Assembly (NCBI GenBank): GCA_044226625.1
Contig: JBGAGQ010000003.1
Coordinates: 1-64,000 of the forward strand
Length of the DNA: 64,000 nucleotides
Direction of reading: 5' to 3'
From: Thermoanaerobaculia bacterium
Lineage (GTDB): Bacteria > Acidobacteriota > Thermoanaerobaculia > Multivoradales > UBA5704
Part shown: positions 19,607-29,828 of the stretch, in pieces
How positions within the stretch are numbered: the stretch's first letter is position 1
Layout of the letters: each line of letters begins with the position of its first letter
The notes under the pieces: generated by a model
What the model was told of the DNA's origin: nothing
The model's input: only the letters and a program-made list of their open reading frames with translations
Database searches by the model: none
Translations under genes and position numbers: made by a program

Positions 19607-21370
19607 CTACCCCGCGAGCGCGGCGAGCAGCAGCGAGCCCGGCCCGAACGTCGCGCCGAGCGGCGGTCCGATCTCGCCCGCGATCCGCTCGGCGGCCGGC
19701 CAGCGCTTTTCGAGCAGGGCGCCGAGGGCAACGGCAGCGGCCGGCAGATCGCCGTGGGCGACGCCGAGGAGCGTCGGACGCTTCGCGCCGAACCGCTCGG
19801 CGACGCGGTCGACGAGCACCGTCGGAACCTTGTCCACGCGATCGACGCGCTCGCGCAGGAACAGCTCCCCCTCTTCGATCTCGTAAATCGTCCAGACCTG
19901 GACCGGTTGGAGGAACAGACCGAACCGCGGCCGCTCCTCCTCCTCGCGCACGGCGACGAAGAGCCGCAGCTCTTCGCTCAGCTCCTCGATCCGGAGCCGG
20001 ATCGCCGTCGCCGGAAGGCCGCGCCCCGCGAGCGCCGCCGCCGAAAGGGCGAGCAGGCCCTGGCCGAGGCTCACGCTGCGGCTGTCGCAGACCTCGATCT
20101 CCGGAGGCTCGAGCTGCGCGCGAAAACCGGAAAGGGCACGGAGCGCGTCGTCGGCGGCAGCGCGTGAGCTCGCGAGCGCGCTGCCGAACCGGGGCGCGGC
20201 GTGGATCGAAACGAGGTCCTGCGTTTCGAGCAGCGCGGCGTAGAGCGACAGCAGCTCGCCTCGACCGGGGGGCTCGACGGCCGGCGCGACGCCCCCTTTC
20301 GACGCGCGGGCGAGCTCGCGGTAGAAGTCGGCGGGCGAGATCTGCTCCCGGTCGCGCACGAACGTCTCTCCGAACGACAGCGAATAGGGCACCAGTCGGA
20401 TGCCGCGCGCCGCGGCGAGGTCGACGGGCAGATCGCTCGCGGTATCGGTGATCACCCGCGCCCGGTCCTGGGGCTCGTCGAGCACCGCCACCCCCTGCCG
20501 CACCAGCTCGCCCAAGCCGCGGAGGATGTCGCCATCGGAACGGGCGGGCAGCGCGTCGAGCAGCGATCGAACCTGATCGGCCTCCTGGAGCGCCCCCAGG
20601 ATCTCCCGCTCCATGACGCCGAACTTGCCGCCGAAAAACTGCGGTCCAAGCCGCAGGCGGACGCGCGCCTCCGGATGGGGCGGGGTGGCGATTCGGTCCT
20701 CCAGCGCGGCGAGCACCAGGTCGGACAAGCTCCGGTGCAGCGTGCGCTCCGGCAGCTCCGTGCCCGCGACCCCTCCGGCGGAGGCGAGCGGCAGCAGGCG
20801 GACCTCTCCGGAGGTCTGGAGCGCAAGGCGGCAGAACGCCTTCTCGCCCGCGTGCGTGCCGGTCCGCGCGGCGATCACCTCGCCTTTTTCGAGAGCGATC
20901 TCGCCGAGCGCGGTCCGCAGGACGCCGGAGCCGCCGACCGCGCCGAGCGCCCGCAGCAGCTCGAGGAACGGGATGGCCGCGAGGTCGCCCACCAGGGCGC
21001 CGCCGTCGAGATCGATCGAGAGGTCGATCTCCAGGCCTTTCAGCCCGCGATGGTTTCCGAGGTCGGCCCGCAGCAGGGCGAGCAGGAGGCGGCGGAGCGC
21101 CCGATCGAAGCCCTCGCCGCCGAGCGGCAGATCGGCCGGATAGCGCACCTCGAAGACGCCGCCCAGGCTCTCGAGCTGTTCGTCGATCGAGGCGACGATC
21201 GAGACCGCGGCGGTGCCCGCGGCGGTCGAGCCGAAGGCGGCGACGAAACGCTCCCCTTCGCTTCCCGAGCGGACGGGCACCACCTCGCGGCCGGACGCGG
21301 CGATCCGCTCCGCCACGAGGCGGCGCTTGAGGTCGTCCCCCTCGACCAAGACCACGGTCTTGCGATGCAC
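19607..21370 (-). CDS. DegV-family fatty-acid-binding protein with N-terminal receiver-like and DUF4388-like domains
   Basis: VITDTASDLP, DSRSVSLGQGL, EIGPPLGATFGPG (DegV); GDLAAIPFLELL (DUF4388-like). Confidence 0.7.
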   Translation of the reverse strand: MHRKTVVLVEGDDLKRRLVAERIAASGREVVPVRSGSEGERFVAAFGSTAAGTAAVSIVASIDEQLESLGGVFEVRYPADLPLGGEGFDRALRRLLLALLRADLGNHRGLKGLEIDLSIDLDGGALVGDLAAIPFLELLRALGAVGGSGVLRTALGEIALEKGEVIAARTGTHAGEKAFCRLALQTSGEVRLLPLASAGGVAGTELPERTLHRSLSDLVLAALEDRIATPPHPEARVRLRLGPQFFGGKFGVMEREILGALQEADQVRSLLDALPARSDGDILRGLGELVRQGVAVLDEPQDRARVITDTASDLPVDLAAARGIRLVPYSLSFGETFVRDREQISPADFYRELARASKGGVAPAVEPPGRGELLSLYAALLETQDLVSIHAAPRFGSALASSRAAADDALRALSGFRAQLEPPEIEVCDSRSVSLGQGLLALSAAALAGRGLPATAIRLRIEELSEELRLFVAVREEEERPRFGLFLQPVQVWTIYEIEEGELFLRERVDRVDKVPTVLVDRVAERFGAKRPTLLGVAHGDLPAAAVALGALLEKRWPAAERIAGEIGPPLGATFGPGSLLLAALAG

Positions 21371-21384
21371 GGTCCGGCGTTCGC

Positions 21385-22164
21385 TCAGAGGGACGGAGGA
21401 TCGGAACGGTCGAGGGAGAAATCGGCGATCACCGGCAGGTGATCGCTCGCGAGCCGGGCGAGCCGCAGACGCGAGGTCTGCACCGAGTGCAGCGTGACGC
21501 CTCGATAGTAGATGCGGTCGAGCCCCCCTTGCGGCGAGAACGAGGGGTAGGTCGGGATCACCTTACGCCGCCCCCGGGTCCGCTCCGTGGCGCAGCGGAA
21601 GCCGAGCCTTTCCGTGAACGTGGGCAGCAGGAGCGAGCGCCAGTCGTTGAAATCGCCGCCCACGAGAGTCGGATGGCCGTTCAGCGCCTGGCGGAACTCC
21701 GCTGCGCGGGAGAGCTCGGCCACCTGGCGGGTCCGCTCGCGGGCGGACAGCCCGAGATGGAGGTTGAACACCTCCAGCCGCCGGCCGTCCGGCAGGTCGA
21801 GCGTGGCGTGCTGGCAGCCGCGGCGGATCCAGCTGTCGTGCATGGTCAGGTCGATGTTGCGCGCCGCGACGATCGGGAAGCGCGACAGGATCGCGTTGCC
21901 GTACCGCCCGCGTTTCAGGTCGACGTTGAGCCCGAAGGCGATCCGCGGCAGGCCGAGCGCCTCGGCGAGCGCCTCCGCGAGATCGAGCTCGCGCGACCGG
22001 GGCGCCCCTTGATCGACCTCCTGGAGCAGCGCCACGTCCGGGGCGTAGTGCGCGAGGATCTCCACGATCCGCTCGAGGCGGAAGCGCCGGTCGATCCCGA
22101 TGCATCGGTGGATGTTGTAAGTGACGACTCGAAGGTCCACGCGCTCTTTCGGCTCTTTCGGCAC
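21385..22164 (-). CDS. Endonuclease/exonuclease/phosphatase family protein
   Basis: TYNIH, LQEVD, YGNAILSR, GGDFND, LDRIY, SDHLP. Confidence 0.9.
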   Translation of the reverse strand: MPKEPKERVDLRVVTYNIHRCIGIDRRFRLERIVEILAHYAPDVALLQEVDQGAPRSRELDLAEALAEALGLPRIAFGLNVDLKRGRYGNAILSRFPIVAARNIDLTMHDSWIRRGCQHATLDLPDGRRLEVFNLHLGLSARERTRQVAELSRAAEFRQALNGHPTLVGGDFNDWRSLLLPTFTERLGFRCATERTRGRRKVIPTYPSFSPQGGLDRIYYRGVTLHSVQTSRLRLARLASDHLPVIADFSLDRSDPPSL

Positions 22165-22249
22165 CCTCCGAGGGGCGCTCGGCCCAAGTGTAACAGGGCG
22201 CCCCGAGTCCCGCCTTCCCTCGGGAGGCGATCCGGACCGCTAGGGGCGC

Positions 22250-23230
22250 TCACCCGCAAGCGCCGAACGAGAAGGCGTAGGCGCGCAGCCCCGGCCGGCC
22301 GAAACGGACGACGAGGCGGTGCTTCCCCGGCTCGGCCCCCGAGACCAGGCGCACCATCCGCCCCCGCTCCCAGACCGCGCGCGTCCCTTCCCCGACCGGG
22401 TGGAGGTCGGCGCCCCGCGCGCTCTCCGGCACGGGCCTCCCGTCGAGGAGGACCTCGGCTTCTCCCGCCGGATCGAGCACCTGGTGGACCCCGATCCCTT
22501 CGAAACGAAGCTCGATCTCCGCCCCCGGCTCGGCGCTCTCGAGATACTCCGCCTCGTGCCGCCAGGCGCCGCGGGCGGTGAAGGCGTCCGGCGGGATCTC
22601 CGCGGACGGCAGGCCGGCGTGGTGGACGGTCTCCCCCGGCCGGTACCCCTCCGGCGCGAACAACCGGCCGCGATGCCAGCCGACGTAGATCTCGCGGCTC
22701 GAGGGGTGGCAGACCGCTCCTGAACCGGGGCCGGGAGCGTTGGGATCCATCCACGCCTCGGGCCAGGGTCCCGACTCGCCGCGCTCGGCGAGCAGGCGTT
22801 GGAGCCACCGCTCGGTCGTCGCCTCGTCGCCCTCGCCGAAACTCTCGAAGCGCAGGTAACCGCGGACGTCGATCAGGTATTTCGCGGGCCAGACCTTGTT
22901 CGCGAAACGGTCCCAGGTGGCCCGATCGGAGTCCGACAGCACCGGGTAGGGAATCCCTTCAGAAGCCACCGAGCGGGCGACGTGCTCGGAGCGCGCGGTG
23001 AATTCGAACTCGGGGGTGTGGACGCCGACGATCGAGAGCCCTCGCGCCGCATAGCGCTCGTGCCAGGCGATCAGGTAGGGCAGCGAGCGGAGGCAGTTGA
23101 CGCAGGTCGACTCCCAGAAATCGACCAGAACGACCCGGCCCCGCGCCGCGGCGATCGAGAGCGGAGGCCCCTGGATCCAATCCCCCGGCGCGAGGTCGGG
23201 GGCTCGGAGGGGATGGCGGATCTCGGGCAT
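22250..23230 (-). CDS. Redoxin-domain protein (DipZ-like thioredoxin)
   Basis: DFWESTCVNC, GVHTPEFEF, WPAKYLID, RAYAFSFG. Confidence 0.85.
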   Translation of the reverse strand: MPEIRHPLRAPDLAPGDWIQGPPLSIAAARGRVVLVDFWESTCVNCLRSLPYLIAWHERYAARGLSIVGVHTPEFEFTARSEHVARSVASEGIPYPVLSDSDRATWDRFANKVWPAKYLIDVRGYLRFESFGEGDEATTERWLQRLLAERGESGPWPEAWMDPNAPGPGSGAVCHPSSREIYVGWHRGRLFAPEGYRPGETVHHAGLPSAEIPPDAFTARGAWRHEAEYLESAEPGAEIELRFEGIGVHQVLDPAGEAEVLLDGRPVPESARGADLHPVGEGTRAVWERGRMVRLVSGAEPGKHRLVVRFGRPGLRAYAFSFGACG

Positions 23231-23286
23231 GGCCGGGGGCACTCTATTCGAAGCGGCGGCAGGGTTTCGGCCACCACCCGCCGCAT

Positions 23287-24180
23287 ATGATGCGCGCCAT
23301 GCCGCGCGCGATCTCGCCGACCGGCCGGGCGCTGATCGTGGCGTCGGGAGCCGGGATCTGTTTCGGCGCGATGGCGTTCGCCGCCAAGATCGCCGCGGCC
23401 CGGTTGTCGGGGTCGGAGGTCGCCTGCATCCGCTTCGCGCTCATGCTCGCGCCGCTCCTCTGGCCTCCGGTCGCGAAGACGGCGTTCACGATTCAACGGC
23501 TCGACCTGCTCATCTATCGGGGCCTGTTCGGCGGCCTCGCGGTGTTGACCTACTTCCTCGCGATCGAGCACGTCTCGGTCGGTCTCGCCACGCTGCTCAA
23601 TTTCTCGGCGCCGATCTTCAGCGTGCTGTTCGCCGCAAGGTTCCTCGGCGAGCAGATCGACCCCCGCTTCCTCGCGCCGCTCGGCGTCGCCGCGGTCGGT
23701 CTCCTCCTGGTCGTCCGCGGCCAGACGCCCGGCGGGGGGGCGTTCGCTTTCGGACCCTGGGAGTGGGTCGGATTGATCTCGGCGGTCTTTTCCGGCGCTG
23801 CCGTCGCCTCGCTCCGAGCCGCGCGCCGGAGCGAGAGCTCGTGGTCGATCTACACCAGCTTTTCCCTGTTCGGCCTGCTCGTGACCCTGCCGTTCGCGCT
23901 CGCCAGCTGGCGTAAACCCACGCCCGGCGAGGCCTGGGCGCTGCTCGCGGTCGGCGCGACCTCGATCGCCGCCCAGCTCGGGATGACCTATGCCTACCGC
24001 TGGGTTACGAACCTCCAGATGGGCGTCTGTACCCAGCTCGCCGTGGTCGTCGCGATGGCGCTCGGCATCGCCTTCCTCGACGAGCCGGCGACCACCCTCG
24101 GCCTCGCTGGCAGCACGCTCACGATCGGCAGTATCCTCGCGGTCGTCGCGATCCAGGCCACGCCGCGAGCGGTCGAGTGA
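23287..24180 (+). CDS. DMT/EamA family transporter
   Basis: About 10 TM segments; APIFSVLFAARFLGE and LGIAFLDE duplicated halves. Confidence 0.85.
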   Translation: MMRAMPRAISPTGRALIVASGAGICFGAMAFAAKIAAARLSGSEVACIRFALMLAPLLWPPVAKTAFTIQRLDLLIYRGLFGGLAVLTYFLAIEHVSVGLATLLNFSAPIFSVLFAARFLGEQIDPRFLAPLGVAAVGLLLVVRGQTPGGGAFAFGPWEWVGLISAVFSGAAVASLRAARRSESSWSIYTSFSLFGLLVTLPFALASWRKPTPGEAWALLAVGATSIAAQLGMTYAYRWVTNLQMGVCTQLAVVVAMALGIAFLDEPATTLGLAGSTLTIGSILAVVAIQATPRAVE

Positions 24181-24225
24181 CCGGCCGGCGAAGCCTCCTT
24201 TCCGACTCTCCTTCCCTCGATCTCC

Positions 24226-24975
24226 ATGAGCGAACCCGCATCGCCCCCATTGGCTCCCCCGACCCCTCCACGGAAACGGGGCTGCCTCCGCCGCTTCTGG
24301 CTGCCCGCGCTGGTCCTGCTCGCTCTCTACGTGGGCTGGAAGGCCCTCACCTGGCCGGACGTCGCGCGGCTCGCCGACGAGAATCCGAAATCGACGGCGT
24401 TCATCGACGCCTACCGGAACCGCTGGTTCGGTCCCGACCGCGAGGTCGAATGGAAATGGGTCCCCTACTCGCGGATCTCGAAGAACCTTCGCCGCGCCGT
24501 GTTGGTCGGTGAAGACGCCGCGTTCTTCGGCCACGAAGGGTTCGACACCGACGAGATGCGCGACGCGATCACTAAGGCCATCGAAAAGAAGCGGCTGCCG
24601 CGCGGCGCCTCGACGATCACCCAGCAGCTCGCAAAGAACCTCTGGCTCTCCTCGTCGAAGAACCCTCTGCGCAAGATCGAAGAGGTCCTGCTCACCCATC
24701 AGCTCGAGAAGCACCTGACCAAGAAGCGCATCCTCGAGATCTATCTGAACGTGGTCGAGCTCGGCCCCGGCATCTACGGCGCCGAGGCCGCGTCCCGCCA
24801 CTACTTCAAGACCTCCGCCGCCCGGCTGTCGGCCCATCAAGCGGCGCAGCTCGCCGGAAGCCTCCCCGCGCCGAAGAGCTGGCATCCGGGGAGCACCAGC
24901 AAGAAGTACCTCTGGCACGTCCGCTGGATCGAGCGACGCATGTGGCGCACCGGCTGGGTGACGGGCCGGGTCTAG
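24226..24975 (+). CDS. mtgA: Monofunctional peptidoglycan transglycosylase
   Basis: EDAAFFGHEGFD, RGASTITQQLAKNL, RKIEE, KKRILEIYLN. Confidence 0.92.
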   Translation: MSEPASPPLAPPTPPRKRGCLRRFWLPALVLLALYVGWKALTWPDVARLADENPKSTAFIDAYRNRWFGPDREVEWKWVPYSRISKNLRRAVLVGEDAAFFGHEGFDTDEMRDAITKAIEKKRLPRGASTITQQLAKNLWLSSSKNPLRKIEEVLLTHQLEKHLTKKRILEIYLNVVELGPGIYGAEAASRHYFKTSAARLSAHQAAQLAGSLPAPKSWHPGSTSKKYLWHVRWIERRMWRTGWVTGRV

Positions 24976-27833
24976 CCCGAACCCGGCTTCGTTCGACCGA
25001 CGGTTTCGGTTCCTCCCCGCCAATCCCCCTGGAGCACGAACGCTCCCCAATAGTAGGGATCGCCCCAGCCCGGCCGCGAGCGGATCGCGAGCTGCGCGCC
25101 GCGCAGAGCCGCGGCCGGCGCTTCGCCCTTCTCGAGCAGCCGGCGGTAGAAATCGACCATCAGCGCCTCGGTCGCCGCGTCGTCGACCCGCCATAGGCTC
25201 ACCAGGGCGTTGGCCGCTCCTGCCGCGAGGAAAGCCCGGCCGAGGCTCTGCGGCCCTTCGCCGCGTTTCTGGCGCCCGAGGGCGGAGTCGCAGGCGCTGA
25301 GCGAAACCAGCTCGGCTCCGAGCCTCCGGCCGGCCAGATCGCCCAGGCGCAGGAAGGTATCGCCCCCGATCTCCGCGCCGGTCGCGTCGAGCCGGGCGAG
25401 CGCGAGCCCGGAACGCTCCGGCCGGACCGGATCGACCAGGCCGTGGGTCGCGAAATGGAGGATGCGATATCGCTCCAGCCGGGCGCCCAGGACGCCGTTC
25501 CGGCTCGCCGCGAAGCCGACCCGGCGCGTCACGGTCACTCCGCGGGCCAGGCGCCCGATCGCCGCGACCTCGGCTCCGGTGCTCGCGATGCGCGGCAGAT
25601 CGGTCCCGAGAAGGGCTCGTCCTTCGGGGCCGGACGCGAGGACGGCGCGGACCGTATCGCCGTGGGTCGCCGGATCTTTCGAGCCGCACGGGAGCCGGTC
25701 GTCGGGACAGCCGAAGACGGGATCGCCGACCGCGAGCAGCCCGTCCGGAGGCGGTGGCCGCCGCGCCACCTCCGCGCGAATCGCGAGCGCCAGGGAGGCC
25801 GACGGAAGCGTGACGACCGGACCTCGATCGACCAGGCGCGTGGAAGCTCCCGGCAGTGGGAGCGCGGCGAACGGCACGCCGAACAGCGCGCCGTCGGGAA
25901 CGATCGCGAAGCGATCCCCGTCCAGCCGCGTCGCGATCGGTCCGAGCAGGATCCGGGCGAGTTTCTCGGTCGAGCCCCCACGCCTCGCGCCGAGGACTCT
26001 GCCCGGGGGCAATCCGAGCCCTTGGATGACCGGGTGGCTCGCCGCCTCGATCTCCCGGCCCGCGGGCAGGACCGAGACGGCCAAACCGGTCGAGCGAACG
26101 ATCCAGACGAAGCTACGCTCCGCGCCGAGCCAAAAGTCGAGCAGCACGTCGCCCGGAGCGAGCGAAGCGCGAATTTCCGCCAACCGGCGCGGCGGGCTCG
26201 TCCCCCGTCCGCTGACCTCGTCCAACAAGGTTCGCGCCCGCGCTCGCTCGCTCGCGTCGAAGGCCGCGTCCGGGCGGCCCTGCGCGACCCGCAGATCGAC
26301 CAGGGCCTCGAAGAACCGATGACGGTCGGCCCACAGGGTCGCCCGCGCCGCCGGGGTCATTTTCGACCGGAGCCCCTCGACGATCTCGATCGCCCGCTCG
26401 AGATCCACGCCCGCCTCGTCCAACCGGCCCGCGCGGCGCAGCGCCTCGGCCCGCAACGCGAGGACCGAGGCCCGGCCGTCTCCGTCCCCCAGGGCGCGAT
26501 AGCCCTCGATCGCCTCGTCGAATCGGCTCAGCGCGAGCGGAAGATCCCCTTGGCGGGAGGCCGCCGCGCCGAGCAGGCCGACCACGTAGGCGAGCGAGGA
26601 CGGGTCGTCGACCCGGCGCCGATAGATCGTTTCCGCGGGCAGGAGATACCCGAGCGCCCGCCGCGTCCGCCCGAGATCCAACTCCATCCCGCCGAGGGTC
26701 GCTCGGCAGGCGGCCTCCCGCTCCGGGCTGTTCAACCGCAAGGCCAGGGCGATCGCCTGCTCGCCGGCCCGCCGCGCGAGCTCCCACTGACCCAGCCGCC
26801 GATGCGCGAGCGAGAGGCTGTCGAGCAGGTCGACGCGCAATTTCGGATTGGAGACGTCGAGCGCTAAGCCGCTTTCCAGATCGCGCATCGCCTGCTCCGG
26901 ATCGCCGAGGGAGAGCGCGGCGGTCGCGGCGAGGTACGCGGTGTTGACCTGGGACTCCCGGTCGCCCAGCTGTCGCCAGATGCGCTGCCTTTGGGCGGCG
27001 AACGCATGCGCCTCCTCGAACTCGCCCCGACGCACCGCGAGTTGGGCGAGCCCCTCGAGCGCGCTCGCCTCGACGAACCGGTCGCCCTCGGTTCGAGAGA
27101 GCCGATATTCGGCCAGGTAGACCGCTTCGGCCTCCGTTTGGCGGCTCGTCTCGGCGAACACCGACGCCAGCTTGTGCAACGCGGAGGCGCGAAGCGCCGG
27201 ATCCTCGGCGAGGTCGGCGGCGGCGCGCAAGTGCCGCACGGCCTCCGGATCGCTCCGCGGCAGCCGGCGTCCGAGCCGATCGTGGACCCTCGCGGCGAGT
27301 CCCGGAGCACGCGCCCGTTCGGCCGAGCGCAGGGCGCGAAGGAGCGCGGCGTCGCCGACCGCGTCTCGCCGCGAGATTCCGAGCAAGAAATCGTTCCAGA
27401 ACGCTGCGCGCAGCCGCTCGCGCGGTCCCGCCGGGCGGGGCGCGGAGATCGCGAGCCGGTAGCCCGCCTTGGAACCGACCGCCTTGCCAAGGACGATTCG
27501 GACGCGCGCTTGGCCGGAGGTGCCGGCGACCCACTCGAATTCGTCGCTTCCCGTGGCATAGGTGAGGCCGTCGACCACGGAAGGCGACGTATCGCCGGGA
27601 GCGAACACCTCGACCACGACGTCGCTCGAGCGTTGCTCGGCCACGACCCGGACGAACTGCCCCGCCGCGACCGGGAATCGGTAGAGGTGAGACTCCTCCC
27701 CTTCGCGCCACGTCCGAACCACGTCGAGGCCGTGAAAACTCTCGGCACGGTACCGAACGATCTCCGAACCCGCCACGCCGAACGCGAGTCCGGCCAGCAG
27801 CGCCAAACCGGAAGAGAAATGGACCGCTTTCAC
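24972..27833 (-). CDS. Signal-peptide TPR + CHAT (caspase-like) protease
   Basis: IVPDGAL, HFATHG (His), LSACDS (Cys), SLWRVDD, PYYWGAF; TPR helices. Confidence 0.9.
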   Translation of the reverse strand: MKAVHFSSGLALLAGLAFGVAGSEIVRYRAESFHGLDVVRTWREGEESHLYRFPVAAGQFVRVVAEQRSSDVVVEVFAPGDTSPSVVDGLTYATGSDEFEWVAGTSGQARVRIVLGKAVGSKAGYRLAISAPRPAGPRERLRAAFWNDFLLGISRRDAVGDAALLRALRSAERARAPGLAARVHDRLGRRLPRSDPEAVRHLRAAADLAEDPALRASALHKLASVFAETSRQTEAEAVYLAEYRLSRTEGDRFVEASALEGLAQLAVRRGEFEEAHAFAAQRQRIWRQLGDRESQVNTAYLAATAALSLGDPEQAMRDLESGLALDVSNPKLRVDLLDSLSLAHRRLGQWELARRAGEQAIALALRLNSPEREAACRATLGGMELDLGRTRRALGYLLPAETIYRRRVDDPSSLAYVVGLLGAAASRQGDLPLALSRFDEAIEGYRALGDGDGRASVLALRAEALRRAGRLDEAGVDLERAIEIVEGLRSKMTPAARATLWADRHRFFEALVDLRVAQGRPDAAFDASERARARTLLDEVSGRGTSPPRRLAEIRASLAPGDVLLDFWLGAERSFVWIVRSTGLAVSVLPAGREIEAASHPVIQGLGLPPGRVLGARRGGSTEKLARILLGPIATRLDGDRFAIVPDGALFGVPFAALPLPGASTRLVDRGPVVTLPSASLALAIRAEVARRPPPPDGLLAVGDPVFGCPDDRLPCGSKDPATHGDTVRAVLASGPEGRALLGTDLPRIASTGAEVAAIGRLARGVTVTRRVGFAASRNGVLGARLERYRILHFATHGLVDPVRPERSGLALARLDATGAEIGGDTFLRLGDLAGRRLGAELVSLSACDSALGRQKRGEGPQSLGRAFLAAGAANALVSLWRVDDAATEALMVDFYRRLLEKGEAPAAALRGAQLAIRSRPGWGDPYYWGAFVLQGDWRGGTETVGRTKPGSG

Positions 27834-27928
27834 CCATCGACTCCACAGCGACCGGTCGCTGGCACGGGAAACGATCGGTGCGACATCGTTGACGCGGCGA
27901 CTCGACTCCGAGCCGCCGCGGTGGGAGT

Positions 27929-28186
27929 TTACGCCTTCGACGTCTTCTTTTCGGCCTGCGACTCGGCCGGCTTCTCGACGGGCACTTTGAGGAAGAACGC
28001 GCCGCTGGCTTTCTTGTCGACTTTCGTACCGTCAGCGGTGTCGGATTCCTTGGAATCCAAAGCATCCCCCTCGGTTGCACCCCCCAGGACCTCAGCGAGA
28101 TGCCGCTCATCGATCGATTGAATCGTTACTGGGCAGGAGGCGTCTCGCAGCCGGTCGGTCCGTGCGCTCAATCGTTCTTTCTCCAT
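27929..28186 (-). CDS. Small 85-aa protein with a double-glycine-like motif
   Basis: RBS AGAGGAG; SIDERHLAEVLGG; co-oriented inside the CHAT operon. Confidence 0.6.
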   Translation of the reverse strand: MEKERLSARTDRLRDASCPVTIQSIDERHLAEVLGGATEGDALDSKESDTADGTKVDKKASGAFFLKVPVEKPAESQAEKKTSKA

Positions 28187-28337
28187 GGCGCTTCTCCTCT
28201 CGGGCCCCGGGCGGAGAGACCGAGGCGTCGCTTCTATTCGATCTGGGTTTCAAACAGCGAGTTCCTGGGAGGATGACACCCTCCCACGGCTTTCGTTGAT
28301 TTTTCCTATCGAAAGAGAACTGAAGGGGAAACGCCGG

Positions 28338-29828
28338 TCAGTCCGCCGACCGGTCCGACGCCGGAAGGCGCACCGCCGGGTCGCCGAAAACCGCGTAGTA
28401 CCGCGCGTCGTGGCAGGCAGCCTCGATCTCCCACAACGTATCAGCCGCAATCGGCATGGCTTCTTGGCGCCGCTGGTCCAGCTCGACGCGCTCGACCAGC
28501 CGGGCCTGATAGCAGGAGCGAAAGGCGCTCATCGCCTCGCCCACTGGCAGCCCGCGCAGGAGTCCCTTCAAACAGCGGTCGTAAAGCTGGGGAGGTTCCG
28601 GGGGCACACCGGGGTCTCGTGACTCCTCGAGGAAGCTATAAGAAAAAACCAGATCGAGATGGCCGATCGCCGCGAGCGCTCCTCGAGCGAGCATACGCTG
28701 CGGGAGCCGCGCGGTCAGATCCTCGGGAGCGAGCCGCTCCGGAACCGGAAGACCGGCGAGGCCCAGATCGTTTTGCGCCGATACGCCGAGACTGCAGCAG
28801 GCGAAATGAAACGCGACCATCCCGTCGAGGTCGAGATCGCTCCGGAGGTCGTTTGCCGCGAAGTAGTCGGCGTCCGAAATCCCCGCGTTACGAGGACCCA
28901 GCCAATCCGCGCAGACCAGCGCGCCCTGATCAGCCTGCTGCCGCCTATCACCGCAGGCGAAAACCGCGCCGTGCCCCGCGGTGAACAGGATCGCTGGAGG
29001 GACCTCGCGCTCAAGCAGGCCGGAAAGGCGATGCTTGGTTGCGTTCGCCCCGAGGATTCGCTCGACCGTCCACCCGTCGCCGGGAAGAGAGCACGATTCG
29101 GCGAGCGGCAAAGCGAGGCGGCGCGAGCTCTCTTCGCTCAAGGGATCATCGGGATGCTCGGGGGCGAAGAATGCGATCCGCCGCACGGTTCCCGCCGGAA
29201 CGTGCGCCCGTTCCGCGCGAACTAAGCGTTCGGCGTAGAGGGCGTAGTCTTCGATCGACTCGAGCTCGAGCCGCCCCACCGCATACTCCTGTGCCGCGAG
29301 CTCGGTCTGGAAGTCGAACGGAATTGCCTCAGGTCCACCGACCAAGACGAGGTAACCCGGGATCTTTCGGGGATCTGGGATCCCCGGCGAGGCCTTGTAT
29401 CGTCGGCGGAAATCGAACAGAAGCTCGCCCGGACGATACTCGAGAAGATGGAAATGCCTCTCCGAAACGGCACCGACCTGCTCACGCCGAAAGGCCAGTA
29501 AGGGCTCCAGTGCCGCAAGGAGGCCAGGCATCCGGGGGTCGCCGGCAGGGAAAACCATCCCCCAGCCCCTCTTTGCGATCTCCCAATCGGGCATCTCCTC
29601 GCGGCCTCCGCGTCGAGCCGGAGCCGAACGGGAACCTGCCACTGCGTTGCCCAGGCTTTCCAATTGGCGGACTACGAGGCTCTGTCTCGCACTCCTCGCA
29701 AGCTCGGTCGGCGCTCCGAAGGAAAGCGCCGCGGCTTCGAGGTCAGCGGCCGAGATCGGCGGCAACGCATACCGACCGGTACGCCCGTCGACGCCGAAGA
29801 GTTGGATTTCTCGAGGTTTGGCGCTCAT
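28338..29828 (-). CDS. Peptidase C25 (gingipain/caspase-fold) family protein
   Basis: YLVLVGGP..IPFDFQ, YAVGRL, FTAGHG, FACCS, VFGDPA. Confidence 0.75.
   Translation of the reverse strand: MSAKPREIQLFGVDGRTGRYALPPISAADLEAAALSFGAPTELARSARQSLVVRQLESLGNAVAGSRSAPARRGGREEMPDWEIAKRGWGMVFPAGDPRMPGLLAALEPLLAFRREQVGAVSERHFHLLEYRPGELLFDFRRRYKASPGIPDPRKIPGYLVLVGGPEAIPFDFQTELAAQEYAVGRLELESIEDYALYAERLVRAERAHVPAGTVRRIAFFAPEHPDDPLSEESSRRLALPLAESCSLPGDGWTVERILGANATKHRLSGLLEREVPPAILFTAGHGAVFACGDRRQQADQGALVCADWLGPRNAGISDADYFAANDLRSDLDLDGMVAFHFACCSLGVSAQNDLGLAGLPVPERLAPEDLTARLPQRMLARGALAAIGHLDLVFSYSFLEESRDPGVPPEPPQLYDRCLKGLLRGLPVGEAMSAFRSCYQARLVERVELDQRRQEAMPIAADTLWEIEAACHDARYYAVFGDPAVRLPASDRSAD

Noticed and set aside
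23071-25689. Long alternative ORFs (this one, 39159-41420, 49792-51726, 53440-55749, 60294-62639 and similar)
   Set aside because: Arg/Pro/Gly-rich antisense or shifted frames over well-supported genes, as expected in very GC-rich DNA
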